Shown: in pieces, positions 53,881-64,000 of the stretch
How the letters are laid out: each line of letters starts with the position of its first letter
How positions within the stretch are numbered: position 1 is the first letter of the stretch
NCBI RefSeq assembly: GCF_006345805.1
Contig: NC_043006.1
Location: 42,594,001 to 42,658,000, forward strand
Reading direction: 5' to 3'
Length of the DNA: 64,000 nt
Source: Octopus sinensis
Taxonomy: Eukaryota
Position numbers and translations under genes: made by a program
The notes under the pieces: generated by a model
The model's input: the letters and a program-made list of their open reading frames with translations, nothing else
Told to the model about the DNA's origin: nothing
Database searches by the model: none

Positions 53881-54893
53881 CAGTTTCCCTGGGTTAAATA
53901 TAGATATTGCTAGTGATGATGATGGTGATGATGATGGCAGCAGTCATGGTGATAGAAAGAGTAGTGAATGTTGATGTTGTTACTGTTGTGTTTTTAGTTC
54001 CAGCTAGGACAGCCCTGGTCAAGCACATCTATGACATTTGGTTGCTCGATCAGTTGAATAGCTTACTCATTGAGTTGCTCACTTCCAATTTTAATATAAG
54101 TCAACATATTTCCTAATTTAATCCTTGTTAAGAATTTTAAATTTTGACACATTCCACTCAACTTTATGACCAATTTCTTCCAAATTATTGCTTCAGTTAC
54201 TCCGAAACTGATTGCAATTAGTTGAAGAGAAAAAATAACAACTTGAAAATGTACAATTCCATAATTTTTACTGTGAAATGTGAAATTTTAGCAATGTTCA
54301 CCAACTCAGAAAAAGCAAAATATTCTGAGAATTATTCAACTTTTTGCACTGAAACCGATTCAAATATTTTAAAAATAGATCCTACATTTAGAATAAATAA
54401 TTTCTTTTGTTATTTGGTATTCAAAAATCAACATTTTCACTAAAGCCGTACCTGTTAGAATTTTGAAAATTTCTTACATTCCATTCAGTTTTATGACCAA
54501 TTCCTCCAGAATTATATAATTGGTTGCTCTAAAGCTAGCAGTAATAGTTTTAGAAAGATATTATGCACCTGTTAGACTAAAAATTTTCAAATTCTCACAT
54601 AATTTCTATAGTACAAGAAGAAGCCATTGCACTGGTGAATGTTTGACCATTGTCATCCAACTGAGGAAGCATCGAATATCTTGTGAATTATTCATTGTTG
54701 CATGGAAACAAGTTAGATATTTTATTATTATTATATTCTATAATTTTAGGAATATATAAGTTTTAATTTTTAAAAAAATTTTAGATACAAATAGTTAATG
54801 TTTTTCAGTTCTATATTTAAGAGATGAGGAATTATGTATATTATTTACATTATTTACATTCAATGGATATTTGTCCTCATCTTCTTTGTTATT

Positions 54894-54939
54894 AACAAAA
54901 CATTTCAGCTGATATACCCTCCAGCCTTCATCAGGTGTC
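54894..54939 (-). ncRNA. Degenerate minimal hammerhead motif, family H1 copy 2
   Basis: Minus strand reads GACAC-CTGATGA-A-GGCTG-gagggtatat-CAGCT-GAAAT-GTT-TTGTT. Confidence 0.7.
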
Positions 54940-55000
54940 TTGGGGAAAATTCGAACCTGGGTTCTCATTCCTAAGGTATTTTTTGATATCATTATTATTA

Positions 55001-55557
55001 TTGAGTGAGAGAGCAGTGCATGCCATCAAAATGACACTGGGGTAAAATATATGAAGCCCAGTATACCCATAATGACTACCCATCTGATAAGGGTACACCA
55101 GGCACATGCATCACAACCATATGTGCACGACATGGTAATCTCATATCAAGAAAAACTGCGTATGACCTTGCAGGTGGAGGCCCAGTTAGAATTTTCTTCT
55201 GGTCGAGTAGCCCAACCTGCTCAAAAGGTCCCTGAATAAGGGTTGTTTAAGGGTGTTGAATGAAACACCCATGTTTCCAGAGGTGAATTATTCAAACCCC
55301 AAAGAATCCCTCTCCACGCATGGCTATGATGCTCCCCCACTACTTCTGCTCAGGATCGGAGATGCACACATTGTCAGCCACTAAGGGACATGGTCAACTG
55401 GTTATGGTCAAAAACTGACGAGCAGATCTGTGGTATTGAGCAGAATATTTGCTGTAGCCTATCTTTTATACCAAGACAAAACAATGTACATGATAACACT
55501 TCCAATCAGTTAAGATCAGAAGCCATGAGAGCCACTGTCTAGTACTGCATCAGGGCA
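55001..55557 (-). mobile_element. Unclassified ~560-bp interspersed element with (AAT)n end, inserted in an H1 microsatellite
   Basis: Non-coding block flanked on both sides by (ATT/AAT)n belonging to the H1 linker. Orientation is inferred from the tail position. Confidence 0.45.
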
Positions 55558-55586
55558 TAATAATAATAATTATTATTATTATTATT

Positions 55587-55622
<36 letters not shown>

Positions 55623-55836
55623 GCTGCTTTTCAGGTCACTGCTTGGAATCGAATTCAGAATCTTGGGGTTAATAGCCCACGCTCTTAACCATGGGCATTT
55701 GGCATAGTGGTTAAGAGCGTGAGTTAATAACCCCAAGATTCTGAGTTCAATTCCAAGCAGTGATCTGAACAATAATAATAATAATAACATCGAAAGATAC
55801 CTTAGAAATGAGAGCCCAGGTTCGAAATTTCCCCAA

Positions 55837-55880
55837 GACACCGGATGAAGGCTGGAGGGTATATCAACCGAAACATTGTT
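55837..55880 (+). ncRNA. Degenerate minimal hammerhead motif, family H1 copy 3
   Basis: GACAC-CGGATGA-A-GGCTG-gagggtatat-CAACC-GAAAC-ATT-GTT. Confidence 0.65.
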
Positions 55881-56517
55881 AACAACAAACAAGGTGAGGA
55901 CAAATATCCGTCAAATGTAAATAATGTAAATAATGTTAATGTTTTTATTAATGCCATACTTGTATAGCAGTTGTACTGGTGTCACGTACAAAAGCATCCA
56001 TGCTGCTGTCATGTATAAAGTGCTGGTGATGGTACCACATAAAAAGTACCCAGTACACTGTGTGAAGTGGTTGGCATTTGGAAAGGCATCCAGCTGTAGA
56101 ACTGGCACTCCATTGCTTATGACGATGAAGGTTCTAGTTGGTCCAATCAATGGAACAGCCTGCTTGTGAAATTAACATGCATGTGGCCGAGCACTCCACA
56201 GACACGTGTACCTTTTAACGTAGTTCTTGGGGACGTTCAGCATGACACAGAGTGTGACAAGGCTGGCCCCTTTGAAATGCAGGTACAACTTATTTTTGCT
56301 AGGTGAGTGGACAGGAGCAATGTGAAATAAAGTGCTTTGCTCAAGGACACAAAGTGTCGCTAGGAATTGAACTCATGACCTTATGATTGTGAGCTGAATA
56401 CTCTAACCACTAAGCCATGTGCCTTCACCTAGCTGTAGAAACCATGCTAGAACAGACCATAGGAGCCAGCTTGCCAGGTCCTGTCAAACTTATGCCAACA
56501 AGGAAAATAGACATAAA

Positions 56518-56924
56518 ACTAGAAAAGCACTCAGAGAGTGCAGACCTCTGCCAAGATCATTTAAAGATAGATCCGTGAGTAAAATTACTAATAGAGAAAC
56601 AAAAATAAACTTTGGAAACAGCAACGCCACCATAGGTTACGTGGAAACGATGAACGTGCTTTCAAGGGAGATAATTAAAAAACATAACATTGTAATACTT
56701 CATGTAAAGTAAATATAACAAATGAAAAATCCATCAAGAATCCATGAAAATTTCCGGATCACTACCAAAATTTCATCATCTGTTCCTTCTGTCTGTCATT
56801 ACCAACTTCTCCTGCAAGTTTCATCAAATACCGTTCACAACTTTTTGAGTTATTTTGCACACAGATGGAAAGATGGATAAACCAATGCCGATGAAAACAT
56901 AACCTCCTTCCTTGGTGGAGGTAA
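56518..56924 (+). mobile_element. HINE-type element with subterminal inverted repeat and 3' hairpin
   Basis: 5' ACTAG..GCACTCAGAGAGTGCAGACCTCTGCCAAG. 3' AAAACATAACCTCC..CTTGGTGGAGGTAA. Internal AAGTTTCATCAAA motif. Confidence 0.6.
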
Positions 56925-57819
56925 TGATGATGAAGAGGATGACATAAAAATACTCGTTATTTAGCGAGTGTATGCATGGGCCCCAACTTAAAAAACTAAA
57001 GCATCAAATGAGCTAAAGAACATCAAATCTCTTTTAGAATTAGGCCGACTGTGAGAAGTAATTCTGCTTGGTAGTGTATACGACTCAAATAAAAAATGAA
57101 ATCGTAGTTAATTCATACCTATTAAAAATTTATACCAAGAAACTGAGAATAAATGTTACTTGTCAGCTCAAATCAATAATAAATTGATCAAATTCAAATT
57201 AGATACTTGTGCCATGAGAGCCTTGATTAATTTAAATATATACAAAATTATCAAGTCCCCCACCATTAAAATCCATATAAAAAAAACTAAATACTTATAT
57301 TAATTCAAACAATCCAGTTAAAATAAAAAACCTATTAAATATTAAAATTGCTACTAAAGAACCAGAAAATTTAGAAGATACTATAATTGATTCTGAGATG
57401 GGTGTGATTTTATTTGGAATGAACTGGTTTATTTGGAATAAATCTATTTAATATGTTGCTGTTATTGTTGTTGTGATCTAGGCTTAATAATGTTACTGGC
57501 ATTGTTAATAATGTTAATTCAACCAATCTGAATATTATTAAAAATAAGACTGAGGACTTATGTACTCAGAAGTCCAAAGCCTCTCTCCTGGATTAGGACA
57601 TGGCACAAAATAGAAGACATAATTTGGATATGCCTAGGCACAGGCGTGGCTGTGTGGTGAGAAGTTTGCTCCCCAAGTGACATGGCTGTGGGTTCAGTCT
57701 CATTGAGTAATGCCTTGGGCAAGTGCCTTCTACTATAGTCTCAGACCAACCAAAGCCTTGTGAGTGGATTTGGTAGATGGAAACTGAAAGAAGCCAAATA
57801 CATGTGTGTGTGTGAGTGA

Positions 57820-57905
<86 letters not shown>

Positions 57906-57932
57906 TTTCCTCTTCACCACTTGATAACCAGT

Positions 57933-58625
57933 GTTAACCTGCCTAAAACCAACCATCACTGGCTCTGTTGTACAAATGCCTCGTTTTCAAAAGCTCTGAA
58001 AATCTTCCACCAAACCTTAGTCACAATTTAAGTTATTAACACTAGCTTAATGATAACTAAGTTGTTTTACTAAATTCTTTGTTATATTTAAAATTAATTA
58101 AAAGGAACACAGAGCATCTCAACAGAAATATGGTAACAAAATGGTTGAAATATATAATAGAGAAACAATTCTTAACCCTTTTGATACCAATCTGCCTCTG
58201 GTTCTGTTGTGCAAATGTCTTGTTTTCAAATGTTCTGAATTAAAATCTTCCACCAAACCTTAGTCACAATTTATGTTCCTAACACTAGCTTAATGATAAC
58301 TAAGTTATTTTACTAAAGTATTTGTTATATTTAAAATTAATTGAAAGAAGAACAGAGCATCTCAACAGAAATATGGTAACAAAAGGGTCAAAATATATAA
58401 CCCTTTCGATACCAACCCACCTAAAACCACCTCTGGCTCTGTAGGACAAATGTCTGGTTTTCAAATGTTCTAAATTAAAATCTTCTGCCAAAACTTAGTC
58501 ACAATTTATGTTCCTAACACTAGCTTAATGATAACTAAGTTATTTTACTAAATTCTTTCTTATATTTAAAATTAATTAAAAGAAACATAGAGCATCTCAA
58601 AATAAATATGGTAATGAAAGGGTTA
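57933..58625. repeat. Tandem trimer of the same piggyBac-type MITE
   Basis: Three head-to-tail ~230-bp units (ccctt..gataccaacc..cttagtcacaatt..gagcatctcaa..aaagggtt). Confidence 0.8.
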
Positions 58626-59937
58626 TTGTGTTTATGTTCCCGTAACATCATGGTTTGGCAAACGAGGCTGATAGAATAAGTACCAAGCTTAAAAAAATAA
58701 GCACTGGAACCAATTTGTTTGACAAAAATTCTTCAAGGTTATGCCCCAGCATGGCCACAGTCTAACGACTGAAACAAGTAAAAGTTAAAAGATAAAAAGA
58801 TATAAAACCAGTTTATGAGAAGGTTAAATCGTTTTCAAAGCTGAACTGGTGAAAGAAGAATTAGAATGTGAACTGAATGATGCATTAAAACTGAACAATT
58901 GTAATCACAAGGATAGTTTGCATCAGTCATTGCTGTTTGGAAACTGAATGATAGGGGTCAGATTTGTGATGTTTGCATCACAAACACACAGCTCCGGGCT
59001 CAGCTCCACATTGTGACACATTGAGCAAGTGTTTAGCCCCAGGCAAACCAATGTGTTATGAGAAGAATTTGGTAGAGATAAGGAATAAGTTGGATGAAGC
59101 GGTTGTAAATTCAGTGGAGGTTAAGTGGAGGAAAAAAAAAAAAAAATATATATATATGGTTGCAGGCATCTGATAAGAAGCTTGCCTCCCTGCCACATGG
59201 TTCTGGGTTCAGTCCCACTGTGTGGTACCTTGGGCTTCTACTATAGCCTCAGGCTAACCACTAAAAACCTTGTGAGTGGATTTAGTAGAGGGAAACTGAA
59301 AGAAGCCCATCATAGATGTGTGTGTATGTATGTGTGTGTGTGTGTGTGTGTATTTATGTATGTATGTCTTTGTGTTTGTGTTTGTCACCCCATCTTCGCT
59401 TGACAATTGATGTTGGTGTGTTTACATCCTTGTAACTTAGCAGTTCAGCAAAAGAACTGATAGAATAAGTTCAAGGCTCACAAAGTATAAGTCCTGGGGT
59501 TGATTTCTTCGACAAAGAAAAATCCTTCAAAGTAGTGCTCCAGCATGGCCACAGTCAAATGACTGAAACAAGTAAAAAAGGAAAACAGGAAATGAATATA
59601 TATACGTATACATACATATAAGTGTGTGTGTGCCTTTGTGTTTTGTTCCACCACCATTTAACAACTTGCGTTGGTTTGTTTACATCCCTATAACTTGGTA
59701 ATTCAGCATATGAGACCAACAGAATAAGTCCCAGATTAAAAAAAAAAATATCAGCAAGGTTGATTTATTCGACTAAATCCTTTAAAATGGTGCCCCAGCT
59801 TGACCATAGTCCAATAAATGAAACAAAAAAAGTCAAAAATGAATACTCCAATACCCAGATATGATAAATTGGTTTCAAATTTTAACAGAAGGCCAGTAAT
59901 TTTAAGGGATTACATTGACCCCAGTGTTTAACTGGTA

Positions 59938-60557
59938 CAGGTCATCATCAACTTACGACCTATCTGACTTACGACCGATCAACCTTATGAGGGCTGATGT
60001 GCTGGCTCCCAGCAGCAATAATAAATAATCCAGGTGAAATCTAATGGGTTTAATTTCTTAGAAATGAACCCATCTACAGATGATGTCAGTGAACAAATGC
60101 TTTACCTATGTTTGGTTATCGGTCTCCACTGTGTTGGAACCTGTTGCGGAGACATTGAGGCAACTTCGTATTTGTTTATAAGACCACTTGAAACTCTGAC
60201 ATTTTTTACTAATGCCAGTATAATAGTATAATACAGAATGCTGTGTGTGACTTTTACCTGAGAATGTACCTTAAGAATGTAAAAATATAAAACAAAGCTA
60301 TGTAGGGCTATAAAGGGAAAGTTTACGAAAATAAACAAAAGACGAAGGCAGGTGGAGTACAAACAAACAAATGTATTAGTATAGTGCTCAGGAATAGAAA
60401 AAGTCTTTTACGTTTCGAGCCTATGCTCTTCGACAGAAAGATACACAGAAAAAAACAAGGAGAGAAAAAAATGCGTGTAGGAGCTAAGGCTGACTTACAA
60501 TCAAACTGACTTATGACCAGTCAGAATTAATTGTGGTCATAAGTCGACAACAACCTG
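59938..60557. mobile_element. Tigger/pogo-like non-autonomous DNA element
   Basis: Imperfect TIRs CAGGTCATCATCAACTTACGACC / GGTCATAAGTCGACAACAACCTG flanked by TA on both sides. It splits a SINE at GGTA|CTT. Confidence 0.75.
60404..60441 (-). ncRNA. Structurally intact minimal hammerhead-like motif with CUGUCGA core (family H2)
   Basis: Minus strand: TCTTT-CTGTCGA-A-GAGC-atag-GCTC-GAAAC-GTA-AAAGA. Stems I (5 bp) and II (4 bp) are perfect. It lies in a repeat spanning about 60280-60485. Confidence 0.7.
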
Positions 60558-61948
60558 TACTTATTTTATTGATATCGAGAGGATGAAAGGCAAAAATGAC
60601 CCTGGTGACATTTGAACTCAGAACATAAAGCTGGAAGAAATATTGCTGAGTCTTTTTCTGGTACGCTAATGATTCTTCCAACTCACTGCTTTCCAATTAT
60701 GATATATTATTACATAAATTAAAGTGTGAATAATACCTCAGCATAATTGATTTAAAACACTCATATTTAGAAATCAAAGAATCAAAAATATTACTTGTGA
60801 TTAATATGCTTTTTGGACTTTACAAATATGAATGCCATTTGGAATTTTTTGTATTGCCTGCCATATTTTAATGTGTGGCATATATAGAAGATACCATTGT
60901 GACTGGAAGGACCAATGAAGGACATTTGAATAACTTGGGATTAATGTTTAAACAGTTACAAGATTATGGTTTAAAATGTCATAAAGAATAATGTGAATTT
61001 TTTTTACAAAGAAGTTAAATATCTCAACTATACCATGAGTGCATCTGAGGAAAAGATTATCTGGGAAGAATGGTGATGCTATTAATGGGAAGAATGATGA
61101 AGCTATTACAACATTAGTAATTCAAAAATTAAAAAAAAAGATTTGAATGAGGCATTTGTTTCAAAATTCCAATAATATTGCACATTCATGAAAAAAAATT
61201 TCAAATCTTTCAACACCTTTGTATAATTCAACAAAACGAAAAAAACAAAAAAGAAAAGCAAAAAAAAAGAAAGAAAGAGAAAGACAACACCATTCAAAAT
61301 GATCACATGACTGTCAATGGAGTTTTAATGAGTTGAGATGATAAGTGATTGAGGCTACAGAACAAACACATTACAATGAAAATTTACCATCAATTTTTGC
61401 AGTAAATGTGTCTTTAGTTGGTGTTGGGGAAGTTCTGTAACAATGTGAAAATGAAGATCAATGTCTATTAGTCCATGCATCAAAAACACTGAATGCACTT
61501 CAATAACAATATTCACAAACAGATAAAAAGGGATTATCTGTTATAAAAATTCAATCAGTCCTTGTATGGATGACATTTTTAGTTAATCACCAATTACAAG
61601 GCACAAATACACATATTCTCTCTGCATAAAACTACATCGGTGCTTAAATATCAACAAGAGTGGTGTTGGGTTATGTTATGGGCATCATACAAATTACACA
61701 ATTTGATATAAAGTTTCAAATTAACTTTACTCCTTTACTTGTTTCAGTCATTTGACTGTGGCCATGCTGGAGCACCGCCTTTAGTCGAGCAGATCAACCC
61801 CAGGACTTATTCTTTGTAAGCCTAGTACTTATTCTATCGGACTCTTTTGCCGAACTGCTAAGTTACGGGGACGTAAACACACCAGCGTCAGTTGTCAAGC
61901 GATGTTGGGGGGACAAACACAGACACACAAATGTATACACACACACAT

Positions 61949-62359
61949 ACGGTGCCAAACTTTGGTATCAAAACCTACCACTCACTGCGCCACGGAAGAC
62001 GCTGCCAGCTGCCACCAATCAACAAAAAGGCTGGCCAGGCAGCAAAAACCCTGCGAGAATCAAGTCTGTTGGTTCGAGGAGCACAACTGTTCAACTCCAT
62101 TCCGGTACATGTCAGAAATCTATCAGGATGCAGTGTGGAATCATTCAAATTGCAACTGGATAGATACTTAAGCACCATTAGAGATGAACCCCATCTCCCA
62201 GGATATACACAACGAGCACAAACTGACTCAAACTCGCTCCTACACATGTCAAATTTAAGCAGAGAATACAACCTGGCAACCACACCAGACTCTGAGGGTG
62301 GAGTCTTCGACTTGGCCTGAGCATGGACTCAAACCCAAATGAAATGAAATGAAATGAAA
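61949..62359 (+). mobile_element. CR1-like LINE 3' fragment, 5'-truncated
   Basis: Open frame RHGRRC..TLRESSLLVRGAQLFNSIP..FKLQLDRYLSTIRDEP..SNSL, with an (AAATG)n tail. Inserted in the microsatellite linker of a SINE. Confidence 0.8.
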
Positions 62360-63174
62360 TATATATATATACATATATACGACAGGCTTCTTTCAGTTTC
62401 CGTCTACCAAATCCACTCACAAGGCTTTGGCCGGCCCAAGGCTATAGTAGAAGACACTTGCCCAAGGTGCCATGCAGTGGGACTGAACCCAGAACCCTGT
62501 TGTTGATAAGCAAGCTACTTACCACACAGCCACTCCTACGCCTATGGAGCCTTCCAGTTGAGCCTGATTACTGTTTTGAAAAGTATAAACTACTTGGATT
62601 TAAAATATATCAAATTATTGGGTAAAGTCTTGGTGGAATGTTGCTTATTTGCCTTACAACTTGGCTCAGCCATGAAATTTTGTATCAATATTATTTGAAT
62701 TAAGAAATTTGTCAACAAGGGGTTGCCAGAAAACTTAAATATTGAAGATGAACATCCAAGAGAATATTGGAAAAAGAGTGACTTATTAATTTTGTAGTTG
62801 AATTTTTTAAAGATTATGTATTCCTAAAATATTGCAAAATATAATTTTGTCTCCAATGTATATACAATCTGATATTGATGTGATACTAAAATCATATCTA
62901 GGATGTCAATCTGTTGCTGATGCTCTTGATAAAAAATATAGTGAATGGTCAAAAAAGAAAACAGATATTTGCACCTTTGCACCATTTTATTGAAAGAATC
63001 ACCCAAGACAACTTTAAGCAGCTTTGCAGATAAATAGGCATTCAGAATTTGATATCAGCTGCTTTGCGATACAATTTGATCACTGAAGCAACATGCTTTG
63101 CTCAAACCCTCAAACAAGGAGTTTAAAAACCTTGCCATGGAAATTGATCATTGGTGGAGGAAGAACCAGACAAT

Positions 63175-63393
63175 TTAACCTTTTAGCATTCGGCTTACTC
63201 TGTCAAATGTAATGATTATGTATTTATATTGTCTTGAATTAATCATAAATTATCTTGCGGTTTCAAGATTTCAATGATGTGATTATCTATTTTTATTACG
63301 AGATGTTGGATCTGGACAGTTTGAAAACAGAAGAAGCAGAATAATTTGGCCAGATCTGGCTGGATCTAGCTGGTTTAAATGCTAAAGGGTTAA
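63175..63393. mobile_element. piggyBac-type MITE, second family
   Basis: TTAA-CCTTTTAGCATT ... AATGCTAAAGGG-TTAA. Relatives at about 45842-46059, 35095-35301 and 1215-1385. Confidence 0.75.
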
Positions 63394-63803
63394 TCTGAAA
63401 TTTGTCTTCACCTCCTTCAGCATAAGATAGGAACACATCAGATGATTACATTCCTTGTTATGGCTGTAAAACCATGATTAATTGAAGGACAAACATGCAG
63501 ACCGTTCTAATAAAATATACATTGGACAAACAGTGATTATTAAAGATTAACAAGATAATGTGAAATGGATGGGTGGGATAATTTCGAGACCCTTAGCTTC
63601 CATAGTATACTTGATCAAAACAGATAAGGATCACTGGAAATGTTCAGAATCGGTTTCAATTGTAGAGTTGTGAAATATCATTGCCAAACAGATGCACATC
63701 GTATAAATTCATTGAATGGTTGTTGTGCCAAAATTATTCATGACTATCAATGCACCGTATGCTACTCAGTGTGTGTGGGTATATATGTATGTATGTATGT
63801 ATG

Positions 63804-63835
<32 letters not shown>

Positions 63836-63845
63836 TGTATGTATG

Positions 63846-63879
<34 letters not shown>

Positions 63880-63897
63880 TCTATCTATCTATCTATC

Positions 63898-63929
<32 letters not shown>

Positions 63930-64000
63930 TAGATAGAGAGATAGATGAACAGTCCAACTCATGGACTGTTCATCTATCTATACCCATGGAATACAGATGC

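Larger units (their letters stand above)
54806..55935. mobile_element. Head-to-head pair of tRNA-head / microsatellite / hammerhead elements (H1)
   Basis: Inverted tRNA-like heads at 55630-55691 (-) and 55693-55769 (+), with box A TGGCATAGTGG at 55700 and box B GAGTTCAATTCC at 55743. Each head is followed by (AAT/AAC)n and the same ~170-bp hammerhead tail. The left copy is split by an insertion at 55001-55557. Confidence 0.8.
57150..63660 (+). mobile_element. Heavily decayed Ty3/Gypsy pol relic fragmented by later insertions
   Basis: Domains in Gypsy order: protease KFKLDTCA (~57193); RT ASVIAVWKLNDRGQICD (~58920), IDLKHSYL..FGLYKY and VAYIEDTIVTGRTNEGHLNNL (60685-61050); RNase H THYNENLP..HASKTL..YSQTDKKGL (61368-61600); integrase remnants (62540-63170); IGQTVIIKD..KWMGGII (~63500). 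Confidence 0.85.

Noticed and set aside
54659-54695. CTGAGGA-A-GCA..TGT-GAATT as a hammerhead
   Set aside because: No GAAAC/NUH and no stem I. Compatible with chance.
55693-55769. tRNA gene pair
   Set aside because: Boxes A and B are present but the cloverleaf is imperfect, the two copies differ in the anticodon loop, and each head is fused to a repeat tail.
61892-62320. 142-aa host gene
   Set aside because: The start codon comes from a SINE and the rest is a CR1-like LINE C-terminus.
16005-63936. Dozens of YI/HT/CV/poly-H/poly-G ORFs in the ORF track
   Set aside because: They are translations of (AT)n, (AC)n and trinucleotide microsatellites, stacked in several frames and on both strands.

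Overview
AT-rich, repeat-dense animal genomic DNA. The SINE families, microsatellite load and LINE types suggest an octopus (inference). Only one host gene is clear: an intronless zeta-class glutathione transferase / maleylacetoacetate isomerase (GSTZ1, 15156-15779, minus). It sits in a CpG-rich block (~6-16 kb) flanked by CpG-depleted DNA. Most of the remaining sequence is nested mobile DNA: three tRNA-derived SINE families, RTE and RTE-BovB LINE relics, a CR1-like LINE stub, a Gypsy pol relic stretched over ~6.5 kb by younger insertions, mariner, Tigger-like, hAT- and piggyBac-type MITEs, and Helitron/Helentron-like elements. Most ORF-track entries are microsatellite artefacts. The most unusual signal is a set of at least five different short repeat families carrying minimal type I hammerhead-ribozyme motifs (CUGANGA, usually an extra A, stem II, GAAAC, palindromic stem III). 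One family fuses a Pol III tRNA-like head to the hammerhead and occurs as a head-to-head inverted pair (54806-55935). Folds, alignments and translations were done by eye. Repeat boundaries are approximate.
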